Of a DNA stretch of 48,072 bases, positions 26,766 through 35,993 are shown piece by piece; within the stretch, counting starts at the first letter, position 1; each line of letters starts with the position of its first letter. The notes beneath the pieces were generated by a model. The model was not told the DNA's origin. It saw only the letters and a list, made by a program, of their open reading frames with translations, and ran no database searches. The stretch is from an uncultured Pseudomonadales bacterium. Its GTDB lineage: Bacteria; Patescibacteriota; Microgenomatia; UBA1400; MFAQ01. Where the stretch lies: assembly GCA_964528565.1 (NCBI GenBank), contig CAZGSP010000061.1, forward strand, positions 1-48,072, written 5' to 3'. A program made the position numbers and the translations under genes.

Positions 26766-27137
26766 ATGCCTAACAAACTCGACGAATACTTAGCCAGTGA
26801 AGCCCAGAGTCAATTCTCAGACTCCAAAAGACAAATTATTGAGAGTACCCGCCTGGGCAAGTCGGTTATGTCTCCCAGGGTTGAAGAACTCTACCGCCAA
26901 GGACTAGAGAAAGTCCGCTCCGTTTTTGACTGTGAATATTGTAAACAACCTTACCTCGAAAGGAACTCCAAAAGACAACCACATCTGTGCCCTGGATGTG
27001 AGCCAGGAAGAGACACAATAACCACATATTTAAGAAATAACAAGAAAGCCCACCTCACACAAGAAGACTGTGACAACATCAAAGCCAGTAAGACTGTGCG
27101 CCGTGGTCCTTTCTATTACGGAAGGAAACCCAAATGA
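26766..27137 (+). CDS. Zinc-ribbon protein (123 aa)
   Basis: It has CEYC-x16-CPGC. No family was recognised. Confidence 0.45.
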   Translation: MPNKLDEYLASEAQSQFSDSKRQIIESTRLGKSVMSPRVEELYRQGLEKVRSVFDCEYCKQPYLERNSKRQPHLCPGCEPGRDTITTYLRNNKKAHLTQEDCDNIKASKTVRRGPFYYGRKPK

Positions 27138-27286
27138 TTAAACCACTACCTAAAAAAACATTCTCGCCTACAAAAGAACAACTACAACAACTCCAAGAAC
27201 TGCTTGGGAATATGGCTAAGATAACGCTCAAGGCGGACAAAATATTAATTGAGCTAGATAAAATTCAGTTGAGATTAGAAAAGTAA
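27134..27286 (+). CDS. Small helical ORF (50 aa), not in the supplied ORF track
   Basis: It has an ATGA overlap with the upstream stop. It reads MIKPLPKKTFSPTKEQLQQLQELLGNMAKITLKADKILIELDKIQLRLEK, and the next gene starts 3 nt after its stop. Confidence 0.35.
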   Translation: MIKPLPKKTFSPTKEQLQQLQELLGNMAKITLKADKILIELDKIQLRLEK

Positions 27287-27288
27287 CT

Positions 27289-27606
27289 ATGACCCAGACT
27301 ACATCAAACTGTATCACCTCGCTATATCAATCAGTTGTCGAAGTTTCATACCAAGCCTTAGGCACCAAGCTCTCAATAGATTATCCCGAAACTCACAAAA
27401 AGAGCTTTGAACAAACCCTCAAAATTGTTGACACTTTAGGATTACCTTTAACAGACGATATTATCCAAAGTGAGAGAAGGTTCCTTGAGGCGGAAATAGA
27501 AAAGCGCTACCCTGGTCAACTCGAGGCATTGACCAAGAAGCTGGATAAGCTTATTACCTCCGAGATATTTCCTGTTGAAGTAATAAAGAAGTACAAAAGT
27601 AAATGA
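27289..27606 (+). CDS. Hypothetical protein (105 aa)
   Basis: The ORF is in a tightly coupled operon. No family was recognised. Confidence 0.45.
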   Translation: MTQTTSNCITSLYQSVVEVSYQALGTKLSIDYPETHKKSFEQTLKIVDTLGLPLTDDIIQSERRFLEAEIEKRYPGQLEALTKKLDKLITSEIFPVEVIKKYKSK

Positions 27607-27869
27607 CCGAAGCCAACAGATTAAAGATACTTAATCTTAAAAAGCTTATTTCCAACGTTCGTCAGTACGGTGCCCTGGACTTAGAGGAAGGACTTGACCG
27701 TCTTGAGGAAGCAATAAACAACATGGACACGTTAAATGAGAAAGTGCCCGAGGAGAGGATTAGCGATGTACTGGACTCCACGGAAATAGTCGCGGTAGAG
27801 TTGCTCAAGCAGGCCAAGAGAATTCACACCTATGCCAAACAACAACGCTTAGATAATAGATTAAAATGA
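27603..27869 (+). CDS. Hypothetical helical protein (88 aa)
   Basis: It has ATGA overlaps on both sides. No family was recognised. Confidence 0.45.
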   Translation: MTEANRLKILNLKKLISNVRQYGALDLEEGLDRLEEAINNMDTLNEKVPEERISDVLDSTEIVAVELLKQAKRIHTYAKQQRLDNRLK

Positions 27870-28345
27870 AACGAGAAGACAAGTCAGCCCTTTATGCTTT
27901 GGACCTATTTCAAAAAGCGTGGGACAAGCTAGATGAGGAGGAAATGCACAGCGTTAAGAAGCTCCCGCGTACCAGATACACCCCTCGTATAATTCCTCAA
28001 CACAGAACTTTGTCCGACGTCATTCTTGCCCTTCGAGGTTACAAAGACTATGCCTCTCTAGTAGAAATAATCCCTGCCTTTAAGTTTTTAATAGTTAATG
28101 GATGGGGTATCCGAAAATGCCATGTGTGTGGTCGTGGAGCATTCTGCCATACGACCATGAATCCTGTTATGTGTGCAACGTGCCAGAACCTTGAAGAGAA
28201 AATCTTAAAAGAAAAACCAAGAGCCAAAGTGGCAAGAGAGCTGAGGCGAATGAGGAAGCTTACTGAATTGTCTTTACAAGAAGCTATTTTGTTGGATAAA
28301 CCGAAGTATAGCGTTCCGCCTGTTAGTGCCGAGGTGATTGAGTAG
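27866..28345 (+). CDS. Zinc-ribbon protein (159 aa)
   Basis: It has CHVCGRGAFCH ... MCATC. It is the last gene of the rightward early operon. Confidence 0.45.
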   Translation: MKREDKSALYALDLFQKAWDKLDEEEMHSVKKLPRTRYTPRIIPQHRTLSDVILALRGYKDYASLVEIIPAFKFLIVNGWGIRKCHVCGRGAFCHTTMNPVMCATCQNLEEKILKEKPRAKVARELRRMRKLTELSLQEAILLDKPKYSVPPVSAEVIE

Positions 28346-28786
28346 AATTTGACCCTGGTTCAAAAAGTTTCTTTTGCGGAAGTGTTGTTTGTCCTGTGCG
28401 TAATTTGGTTGTTGGGTGGTCCTGAACTAACCGCCTGTTTTGGTGGATAAGAGACTTTCTTATCTAAGTATTCCAGAAACCCACGCCTACCCATTCACCT
28501 CGGGAATACTTTCACCCCGTATGCGTTCACCTTTCCCTCCCCACCCTAACAACATCCCCACAGAACAAGAGAATATAAAAACAAAATCATCCCGTCTGGG
28601 AGTGGGGGTTTCCTAAGAAGTCACACCCGCCATGCACAAAAGGTTCTTAAGGGGTTATATATACTATCCTACGGGCATGGTCGGTAAACCACTTTTTGAA
28701 GACCTAAAATATTTTTTCCAACACCACACCCCCTTTACAGCAAAAAGTCGATTTAAGAAAAGTTGCCAAAATTTTCCAGTGAATTT

Positions 28787-29386
28787 TTACCCCTTCCTAC
28801 TTAATGCCCAAACAGTTGCAATACCGCCACCCACTAAGACCAACGCCAGTAAGTCTCCTGAACTATCCTCACTTGCACTTTGGACTTCTGGTGTCGGAGT
28901 AATTAAGCGTGTAGGTGTTGGTGACGGCTTTACCCACTTAGGAACATCAATCGTCCAATAAGCAATCTCAGACCAATATCCACCCATATTCGCTTTTATA
29001 TTGACGTACCACCTGCCTGGTGCAATATTTCTAAATGTATATTCACTAGAAGCCGTGTCTGGATTAGGTCCAGGGTTACCGCCAGCGGTCTTGCTTATGG
29101 CGATACTGTAACTCAAGGCAGAGGTGTCGCCCCAGTCCATTTTTACATCATATAAAGCTTCGTCTTCGTGAGGGAAAAAGGTGTGGGTTCCTTGCCCTAC
29201 AGGGTTCTTTGGAGCTACAGGTGCCACATAACCTCCGTAACTTCCACCATTATGGCAATGATATTCTCCGTAGCAGTAACTCGTATAGCAGTTGTGGCAA
29301 CCTGAACTATCCGTTCGTCCAGAATGCGCCGAAACTGATGAGGCTAAGACAAAAAACAAAATAGGAATTAAAAGTAGTTTTTTCAT
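28787..29386 (-). CDS. Secreted YHYH-motif protein with a C-terminal membrane anchor
   Basis: It has a signal peptide (MKKLLLIPILFFVLASSVSA), then HSGRTDSSGCHNCYTSYCYGEYHCHNGG (YHYH-type motif), a beta-rich middle and a C-terminal hydrophobic segment (LLALVLVGGGIATVWAL). The start was moved to 29386, giving an ATGA overlap with the upstream gene. Confidence 0.55.
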   Translation of the reverse strand: MKKLLLIPILFFVLASSVSAHSGRTDSSGCHNCYTSYCYGEYHCHNGGSYGGYVAPVAPKNPVGQGTHTFFPHEDEALYDVKMDWGDTSALSYSIAISKTAGGNPGPNPDTASSEYTFRNIAPGRWYVNIKANMGGYWSEIAYWTIDVPKWVKPSPTPTRLITPTPEVQSASEDSSGDLLALVLVGGGIATVWALSRKG

Positions 29387-29862
29387 TCTAAAGTAATACC
29401 TTCGTAATCGGCCCATTCTTCTAAAGCTTCGTCGATGTCACTTTCGTCAACCTGAAAAGTCCAATAATCCCCATCGTCACTATCATCGTACCCGTCAGCT
29501 TCCCCATCACTATTTACTTCCGCTCCAATATTTACATATCCTCCATTAGGAAAATAAAGAGTTTCGATATCTCCACTGCTTATGTCGGCGTCTAGTGTGT
29601 AACAGTTTCCAGAGTTGTCAGAACAAGCTTCTACTGTGTAGGTCCCATCTAAATAATCTTTTATGTCGTCCCAGTTATCGGAAAGAGCGTCGTATCTATC
29701 CACTGTTTTTTGTGCATCATAAGAGTCGTTGTACGAATCGCTGTAATCCGCCCCACTCCACGAACCGCCCGAGTTTCCACTCCCATATAATCCAATGACG
29801 ATAAAAAATCCAACTACAATCCAGCCTATTATTTGTCCAAATATTTCTTTAATCTTATTCAT
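29383..29862 (-). CDS. Membrane-anchored, extremely acidic protein
   Basis: It has an N-terminal TM helix (IIGWIVVGFFIVIGLYG) followed by an Asp/Glu-rich ectodomain (e.g. DGEADGYDDSDDGDYWTFQVDESDIDEALEEW). Confidence 0.5.
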   Translation of the reverse strand: MNKIKEIFGQIIGWIVVGFFIVIGLYGSGNSGGSWSGADYSDSYNDSYDAQKTVDRYDALSDNWDDIKDYLDGTYTVEACSDNSGNCYTLDADISSGDIETLYFPNGGYVNIGAEVNSDGEADGYDDSDDGDYWTFQVDESDIDEALEEWADYEGITLE

Positions 29863-29865
29863 TTT

Positions 29866-30909
29866 CTATATTGACTCACACGCAATCCCATCATCAACCT
29901 TGACGCCGTCAAGCTTCATGGGGTCATTGGTGGCAGTAAAACCACAGCAGTTAAAAAATGTTTGAGCTTCGGAATGAGATGAGAAGTCAGAACAGTCTCT
30001 ATCTGGTGAAGAACAAGAGTATTTACAGGAACCCCCTGAAGTAGCAGGAGCGTTTGTGGGTGCGTTATTAGTTGTCTTGGTAGGTGTGGGGGTAGCTACA
30101 GGACAAGCGTCGTCTGCCCATAAACCTTCTTTATTTTCTTCAGCCGTCCTCTGCGCTTGTTTGTAAATATCACGGTATTTATAAGGGGTGTTGTAAGTGT
30201 ACTCATGGGCGTAACCGTATTCAATCATAGCTTTGCCAAAGTCCTCTCTTCCATCGGCAACCCAGACATACCTCAACAACCTGCTGTATTTATCTCGCTC
30301 TCCCTGTGTCGGGTCGGCTTCGAGCAATACAGTTTTATTGTTCCCCATTACTTCTTTAGCAAAATCAGAGGCCTCTTTTCCAAAACATTCAACAGGTTTT
30401 CTGGGGTCAACCACTTCAGGGGTGTCTATTCCGATTATTCTAATTCTTTCAGTTTTTCCATTTATCTCAACATCAATAGTGTCACCATCAACAACCTTCA
30501 CCATCTTGGCTTCTGTTTTGGTACTTGAGACTTCGGTGGTTGGTGTGACTTCTGGTCTTGTTTCAGCTTGTACTGCGGGGCTGACAGAAATGGTTGTTGT
30601 GGGTGTAACCTCGGTCTTCTCAACAGGAGGAGTGCTGATTGGACTACTCGGAACATTACCCATAAAGGCAAAGCTTAAAACGACACCCGTAATCACTTTC
30701 GCCTTGGTTGAGAGGGCAATGGGTTTCTTGAGGCTTAACAGGTATTTAGAAATTCTTTTCTCTATTGGAGGAACCAACAACGCTGTTACAAGTAAACCCA
30801 GAAGACCCGCTAGAGGTGAGGTTGGAAAGTAAACAATAGCCGAGAGTAAAAAGAAAACACCACCAACCCATCGCAAGAAATTTGTTGACCAAAAAATGGT
30901 TTTTTTCAC
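29866..30909 (-). CDS. Membrane-anchored thermonuclease (staphylococcal-nuclease fold) with a C-terminal Excalibur calcium-binding domain
   Basis: It has N-terminal TM helices and a Thr/Pro-rich linker. The SNase core is VVDGDTIDVE...RIRIIGIDTPE...RLLRYVW...GYA. The Excalibur motif is DCSDFSSHSEAQTFF...DPMKLDGVKVDDGIACE. The ORF starts at a GTG. Confidence 0.8.
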   Translation of the reverse strand: MKKTIFWSTNFLRWVGGVFFLLSAIVYFPTSPLAGLLGLLVTALLVPPIEKRISKYLLSLKKPIALSTKAKVITGVVLSFAFMGNVPSSPISTPPVEKTEVTPTTTISVSPAVQAETRPEVTPTTEVSSTKTEAKMVKVVDGDTIDVEINGKTERIRIIGIDTPEVVDPRKPVECFGKEASDFAKEVMGNNKTVLLEADPTQGERDKYSRLLRYVWVADGREDFGKAMIEYGYAHEYTYNTPYKYRDIYKQAQRTAEENKEGLWADDACPVATPTPTKTTNNAPTNAPATSGGSCKYSCSSPDRDCSDFSSHSEAQTFFNCCGFTATNDPMKLDGVKVDDGIACESI

Positions 30910-31017
30910 TTTACCTATATTTTACTCCTCTCTTGTGTGGGATTGACAAAACACTTTTAGTTTGATGTATTTCAATTATATAGGCTGATGGATTGCGCGT
31001 CCGACGCCTTGCAACTA

Positions 31018-31046
31018 AGAACCCAAAAGGTTCTTTTTTGTTTTTT
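31018..31046 (+). terminator. Orphan rho-independent terminator (AGAACC-CAAAA-GGTTCT + TTTTTGTTTTTT)
   Basis: A clean hairpin plus T-run lies on the plus strand with no plus-strand ORF upstream. A TTGACA lies at 30943-30948. This suggests a short non-coding transcript. Confidence 0.4.
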
Positions 31047-31208
31047 GGAAGTTGGGGTCACTTTCTGGAAGGAGGGTGACCCGAGTTTCCAAAACGGAGG
31101 GAGTGATGTCTGATACTCACAACCTTGCGAAGGAAACCACCTTTCTATCGTCCCCTGCCCTTATCAGGGGACACGAAATTTATTTAATTACAAAACAAAC
31201 ACAACACA

Positions 31209-32462
31209 ATGGCAGAAAAAGGTTTATGGTCAATCGGAAATTTCAATTTACCCGACTTTGGAATTAGTGAGGCGCTGAATATTGGTCCAAAAAATGCTTC
31301 GATAGTTTCTCCCGAAATGTCGAAATGGCAACAGTATTCTGGTCCCATAGGTTCAAATGTCCAACTTTCTCCAAACGCGTCCCCTATCTTGAAAGCAAAC
31401 CAAATCCAGACTCAGCCAAGTGGTGGGTCAGACGGTACACCTCCTAAAACATATTCTAATACTCCTACACCAGAGCCAACTCAAACAGGTGGTGGACTAA
31501 CAGCTGACGTTCTTAGAAGTAAATTTGGTTTCAGTGATGAAAATGTAATTCGCGGAATTTTAAACGACCCAGGTCAAAGACAAAGATATGAAAACGAAAT
31601 GGGTAGTAGTGCTCCGTCAGGACAAGACCCATTCGCCGAACTTTATCAAAGTTCAATCAGTGCTCTGACTGACGCTGAAAAAATGTTCCAAGGTCAAGCT
31701 GAAGAAGCTCGTAAAGGTGTTACCGAACAGGCAGGATTGGCAAGAAGTGCTTATGAAGAAGCTCTAGCAAAATCAAAGGAAGCATATACAACCCAGAGAG
31801 AAGACTTAACCAATGAAGAGAGAATGCTACAAGCTGAGAGTATCAGGGCTTACAACAATTTGAAGCAGTCCTATATGAACCGCTTTGGTGGTGGTTCTAG
31901 CACAGGAGCCGCTTTGGCTGATTTAGTAGGTCAACAATTCATCCGTTCCAGTGGACAACTTCGTGAGAAATATTTGTCAGGTGTCAAAGTTTTGCAGGCC
32001 GCCGAAAGAGACGCCTTCACCAACTTTAATCAAGCAGTCCAGACTCTTGAGCAAAGTATTGTTCAAAGTAACCGTGAGATAAATGCCAACTTGGCAACTG
32101 AACTTCAAAACATCTCAATGCAAAAGGCAGGACTGGAAGATAACAAGCGCGCCATGAGAGAAGAAGCAATGCGCACAGCAATGGCAAACGCTCAACAGCT
32201 ACAGGCGACAAGAGAGCAAAAAATATTCGATTTGGGTTTGTGGAAATTACAAAGGGACGAAGAAATTGGAAAAGGTTCCGCCTTCCTTGACGACTTAGCT
32301 AGTGAAGTAGCTTCAAGTATGAAGTCCCAAAAATACGCCATGCAGAGTGCGGTTCTTCAGCCAAATAGATTCTTTACAGAAAACGGTTCATACAGCATGA
32401 ACCGAACAAGTCCCAAGGGCACCGACCCATACGAAGACGCAGGATTATTAGGTAACCGTTAA
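31209..32462 (+). CDS. Hypothetical protein with a Pro/Thr/Gly-rich N-region and a long Gln/Ala-rich coiled coil
   Basis: The 417-aa ORF is the first gene of the long rightward block. No family was recognised and no clear SD was seen. Confidence 0.5.
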   Translation: MAEKGLWSIGNFNLPDFGISEALNIGPKNASIVSPEMSKWQQYSGPIGSNVQLSPNASPILKANQIQTQPSGGSDGTPPKTYSNTPTPEPTQTGGGLTADVLRSKFGFSDENVIRGILNDPGQRQRYENEMGSSAPSGQDPFAELYQSSISALTDAEKMFQGQAEEARKGVTEQAGLARSAYEEALAKSKEAYTTQREDLTNEERMLQAESIRAYNNLKQSYMNRFGGGSSTGAALADLVGQQFIRSSGQLREKYLSGVKVLQAAERDAFTNFNQAVQTLEQSIVQSNREINANLATELQNISMQKAGLEDNKRAMREEAMRTAMANAQQLQATREQKIFDLGLWKLQRDEEIGKGSAFLDDLASEVASSMKSQKYAMQSAVLQPNRFFTENGSYSMNRTSPKGTDPYEDAGLLGNR

Positions 32463-32465
32463 AAA

Positions 32466-35400
32466 ATGTCCTTTATCGACAATATTTTTAAGCTAGGTCA
32501 ACCTAAGGCGGCTGAAAAAGTTCAGGCCGATATACGGGCTAAGGCTGAGAAGGAAAAGCAGTTCAGCAAAGCTGGTCTTGGTTCTTGGTATTCCTCAATT
32601 GAGAAGCCCGTGGGTTCTTACAACTTCATTGACTATCCGACTCCAAAGCCTGAACTCCCGAAAAATATCACCATGCAAATTCAGGAAGCATTAGATAACT
32701 TCCATAATAAAAATCCCAAGGTGTCTTCATTTCTTGGTGGTGCGATTAGAAGCACCACGGAAATGCTAGCAAAAATTGAGAACACTCTTACCAATAAAGA
32801 GACTCCAATTGGATGGGTCGGTGGTTTTCCTAAAAGAACAGGAGAGGCAATGGCAGGCCAAGCAATAAGTGGTATAGAACAGATTAAGTCACAAACACCG
32901 TCTACGATTCCTTTTACCAATAAAAAAGTAAATGCAAATGTCGCAGGTGTAGGAAAAATAATGACTTCACCTTTAGCCGCTTTTGGAATGGGTTCAATGC
33001 TTGCTGGTGATACTACTGAAGCGTTGACAAAACCTATTTTTGGAAGAAATTCATTAGTTCCTCCATTACTAAATTTGGGAGTCTCCTTAATCACTCCAGG
33101 GAATGAGGTGAAAGATATTCAGAAAGCCCAATCGCTTTTACAAAAACTTGAAAGTGGTGGAGGCAAGCTAACTCAGATACAAAAAGAGTTTAGAGCCCTC
33201 CCCCTTGAGAAAAGATTATCCTACCTAACTGGAAAATTCAGTGACGTCGAACTTACAAAAATGTCAGCTTCATCAGCTTGGGCAAAAATCGAAAGAGTAG
33301 AAAAAGAAACCGAGAAAACTTCCAAGACATTTAATCCAATTTTCGCTAGATGGGTCGCTGGCCGAGACATGGCCAAGTCGTTAGGAGCTTACGAAGCCTT
33401 GTCGGTTCACGTTCCTAAAAACGTGACAGGTGAAACTTTCCTACATAGACTTGAAAACACAATTGGCAAGAGTACCCCCGAAGTCGAAAGAGCTGTTACT
33501 CAAATCAGGGCTAAGCTGGACACGTTACATCGTGAAGCGAAGTCTGCTGGTATTCCCTTGGGTTACTTGGAAAACTATGCTCCTCACTTGTGGAGACAAT
33601 CTAAAGAAGAAGTTGAGGCCATATTTAAGTCTGCTGGCAAATTCAAACACGCAGGAGAAAGAAAAATCCCGACTTATGCGGAAGGTATTGAATTGGGACT
33701 TACCCCATTATTTTCTGATGTTCGTCAGGTTGTCGGACTTTATTCTCAAAGGTTAAGTGAAGCAAAAGCGAATCTAAAATTTATTCAGGATTTAAAACAA
33801 AATAAACTCATTGCCTCAAGTGCAGACAGACTTCCTGGATGGGTCCAAGTAACAGCCGAAGGTTTTCCTAAGTCAGTTATAAAGACGGGAAGTAAAACAG
33901 CTGAGAGTAACTTTTACGCTTCTCCCGAAGTGGCTCAAGTTTTGAATTATATTTTTGGAGTTAAGACCCAAAGTGGCGCGGAGAAGATTATCGCTGGTGC
34001 CGCCAATATTTCAGGAAAACTTCAAGACTTTACTCTAAGCGGTGGTATTCCAAAAACTCCAATAAATGCATGGTCACTTAGTCAGTACTTATTTAAGGAA
34101 GTTCCTGCTGGCCGTCTTACAGGCGGTCCCAAAGCTTTGTACCACTCAATGGTCGATAGTGAAAAGTATTTCGAGACTAACCTACCCATCATCAAGAAAA
34201 TGCAGGAGGCAAATATTCCCATGAATACTTCACTTACTATTCAGAATATTGGCAAGAATTTATTTAGAAATATGGATGAGGGAGATAAGATAAAAACACT
34301 TGGAGGTAATGTCGCCGAGAACTGGAAGAACTTTAATCTGGACAATCCAGGTATTGGTCAAAAATTAGAGATTGTTTGGAACCAGGCAATGAATGAAACA
34401 ACTTTTAAGAAGTTTATGCCAGCCCTACAAATCGAATTTTGGAAGGACACCTACAATGCAATGATAAAAAGCGGTAAGGCAGAAGCAGAAGCCTCCCGCA
34501 TTGCCTCACAGGCCACTAAGAACTTCTACGGAATAACGTCCACAGACACTTTAGCCAAACAAAGTGAGTTAGGGAGAAATATTATCTCCACCATATTGTT
34601 CGCACCACGATATCGCGAAACGATGGTCAATTTTTTAGTGAACACCGCCAAGTCAGTAGCCCATCCCCTATCACCAGAATACGCCGCTAACCGTAACTTT
34701 ATTATTGGAAAAGTTTTGCAGTACGCCATGTATGACCAAGTAAACCAACAAACTACTGGTAACCACATTTGGGATAACCCAGCTGGATATAAAGATAAAA
34801 TTTTAATTAAGACCGACGATGGTTACACAGGAGTTCCTTTCGACTCTTCTATTCTTACCATCCCGCGCGCCATAGGTGCTGTAGGACAAAAGGTGGGCGA
34901 GGGTGACGTCCCTGGTGCCATGACTACAGCCGTTTCGAGGTTTGGGTCCACAGGAATAGCTCCACTTGGTGACTTGTTTAGAAATAAAGATTATTTTGAC
35001 CGCGAAATTGTCAAAGCGACGGACACACCAGAAGAAAAAGCCAAGAAGTCATTTATGTACTTGGTAGGCCGTTGGTCACATCCCTACGCTAGGGAGATTT
35101 TAGACCCCAGAAGTACAGACGACCCACTTTATCAACGCCTAAGCCGTGCCGCTGAATTACCTGTTAAATATTATTCGACAGCAAGTATTGAGTCCGCGAA
35201 TTACTTTAATAATTTAAAGGAGTCGCTTAAGAGTCTCAGTCCAGAGGAGAGGGCAATTGTTGAGAAAAACAACACTCTGAAAGCTGAGAAAAAATTAAAA
35301 CTGGATGAAGACGGTACACCTTCAAACGCCACAAACCAATTCGAGAAAATGGCCAAAGCCGCCGAAAGGTTAGCTTACCCTGGAATTATAAAGGCGGAAA

Positions 35401-35993
35401 CGGAAGCACAACTTAAGACACATGAACAGACAGGAGAACTTGTCAGTCCTTACTACTACTTGGCACCAGAACAGCAAAAGACCATTGAGATGTTAAAAAT
35501 GTTTTTCCCAGGTGACCCTGAGAAAGCAAAAATAATTAAAGCAAATGAGAACTGGATTCAAAGCTACTATTCCAAGCTAAGCGCATATTACGACTACATG
35601 AAAGCCAGTGGGAAGTTTGGCGACGTTATGCAGGAGTCAGGTGCGCCAGTCCAGACACCAGAGTTGAAAGCAAAAATAAATGAGTATTTTGCACTACCTA
35701 CAGGAACGGGTCAAAAGTCTCGTTACCTTATGGCAAATCCAGACTTACAAAAATATTTTACTGATAGTGCTAATTGGAAGAACGCCCAGAGAATGGAACT
35801 AGGTTTATCCCTTCTTCCTGAATATGGTTATGGAAGTGGCGGTAGTAAACCAAGGGGCGCGGTCAAGTCATTTGGTGCTGGTCCAAAACTAAAGACAAGT
35901 ACGCTGAAAATCCCTAAGGTCAAAGTGGCTAAATTAAAAACACTGAAAACACCAAAATTAAAAATTAAACCTTTAAAGGAGAAAAAATTATGA
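32466..35993 (+). CDS. Large hypothetical protein (1175 aa) with a periodic Lys-rich C-terminal tail
   Basis: It is an uninterrupted 3.5-kb ORF starting 4 nt after the previous stop. The tail is PKLKTSTLKIPKVKVAKLKTLKTPKLKIKPLKEKKL. No family was recognised. Confidence 0.55.
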   Translation: MSFIDNIFKLGQPKAAEKVQADIRAKAEKEKQFSKAGLGSWYSSIEKPVGSYNFIDYPTPKPELPKNITMQIQEALDNFHNKNPKVSSFLGGAIRSTTEMLAKIENTLTNKETPIGWVGGFPKRTGEAMAGQAISGIEQIKSQTPSTIPFTNKKVNANVAGVGKIMTSPLAAFGMGSMLAGDTTEALTKPIFGRNSLVPPLLNLGVSLITPGNEVKDIQKAQSLLQKLESGGGKLTQIQKEFRALPLEKRLSYLTGKFSDVELTKMSASSAWAKIERVEKETEKTSKTFNPIFARWVAGRDMAKSLGAYEALSVHVPKNVTGETFLHRLENTIGKSTPEVERAVTQIRAKLDTLHREAKSAGIPLGYLENYAPHLWRQSKEEVEAIFKSAGKFKHAGERKIPTYAEGIELGLTPLFSDVRQVVGLYSQRLSEAKANLKFIQDLKQNKLIASSADRLPGWVQVTAEGFPKSVIKTGSKTAESNFYASPEVAQVLNYIFGVKTQSGAEKIIAGAANISGKLQDFTLSGGIPKTPINAWSLSQYLFKEVPAGRLTGGPKALYHSMVDSEKYFETNLPIIKKMQEANIPMNTSLTIQNIGKNLFRNMDEGDKIKTLGGNVAENWKNFNLDNPGIGQKLEIVWNQAMNETTFKKFMPALQIEFWKDTYNAMIKSGKAEAEASRIASQATKNFYGITSTDTLAKQSELGRNIISTILFAPRYRETMVNFLVNTAKSVAHPLSPEYAANRNFIIGKVLQYAMYDQVNQQTTGNHIWDNPAGYKDKILIKTDDGYTGVPFDSSILTIPRAIGAVGQKVGEGDVPGAMTTAVSRFGSTGIAPLGDLFRNKDYFDREIVKATDTPEEKAKKSFMYLVGRWSHPYAREILDPRSTDDPLYQRLSRAAELPVKYYSTASIESANYFNNLKESLKSLSPEERAIVEKNNTLKAEKKLKLDEDGTPSNATNQFEKMAKAAERLAYPGIIKAETEAQLKTHEQTGELVSPYYYLAPEQQKTIEMLKMFFPGDPEKAKIIKANENWIQSYYSKLSAYYDYMKASGKFGDVMQESGAPVQTPELKAKINEYFALPTGTGQKSRYLMANPDLQKYFTDSANWKNAQRMELGLSLLPEYGYGSGGSKPRGAVKSFGAGPKLKTSTLKIPKVKVAKLKTLKTPKLKIKPLKEKKL

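Noticed and set aside
28632-28961. ORFs 28632..28961 (+) and 31052..31267 (+) in otherwise non-coding gaps
   Set aside because: The first overlaps the 3' end of the YHYH gene on the opposite strand, and the second overlaps the start of the 417-aa gene out of frame. Neither has an RBS, a motif or coupling to neighbours.
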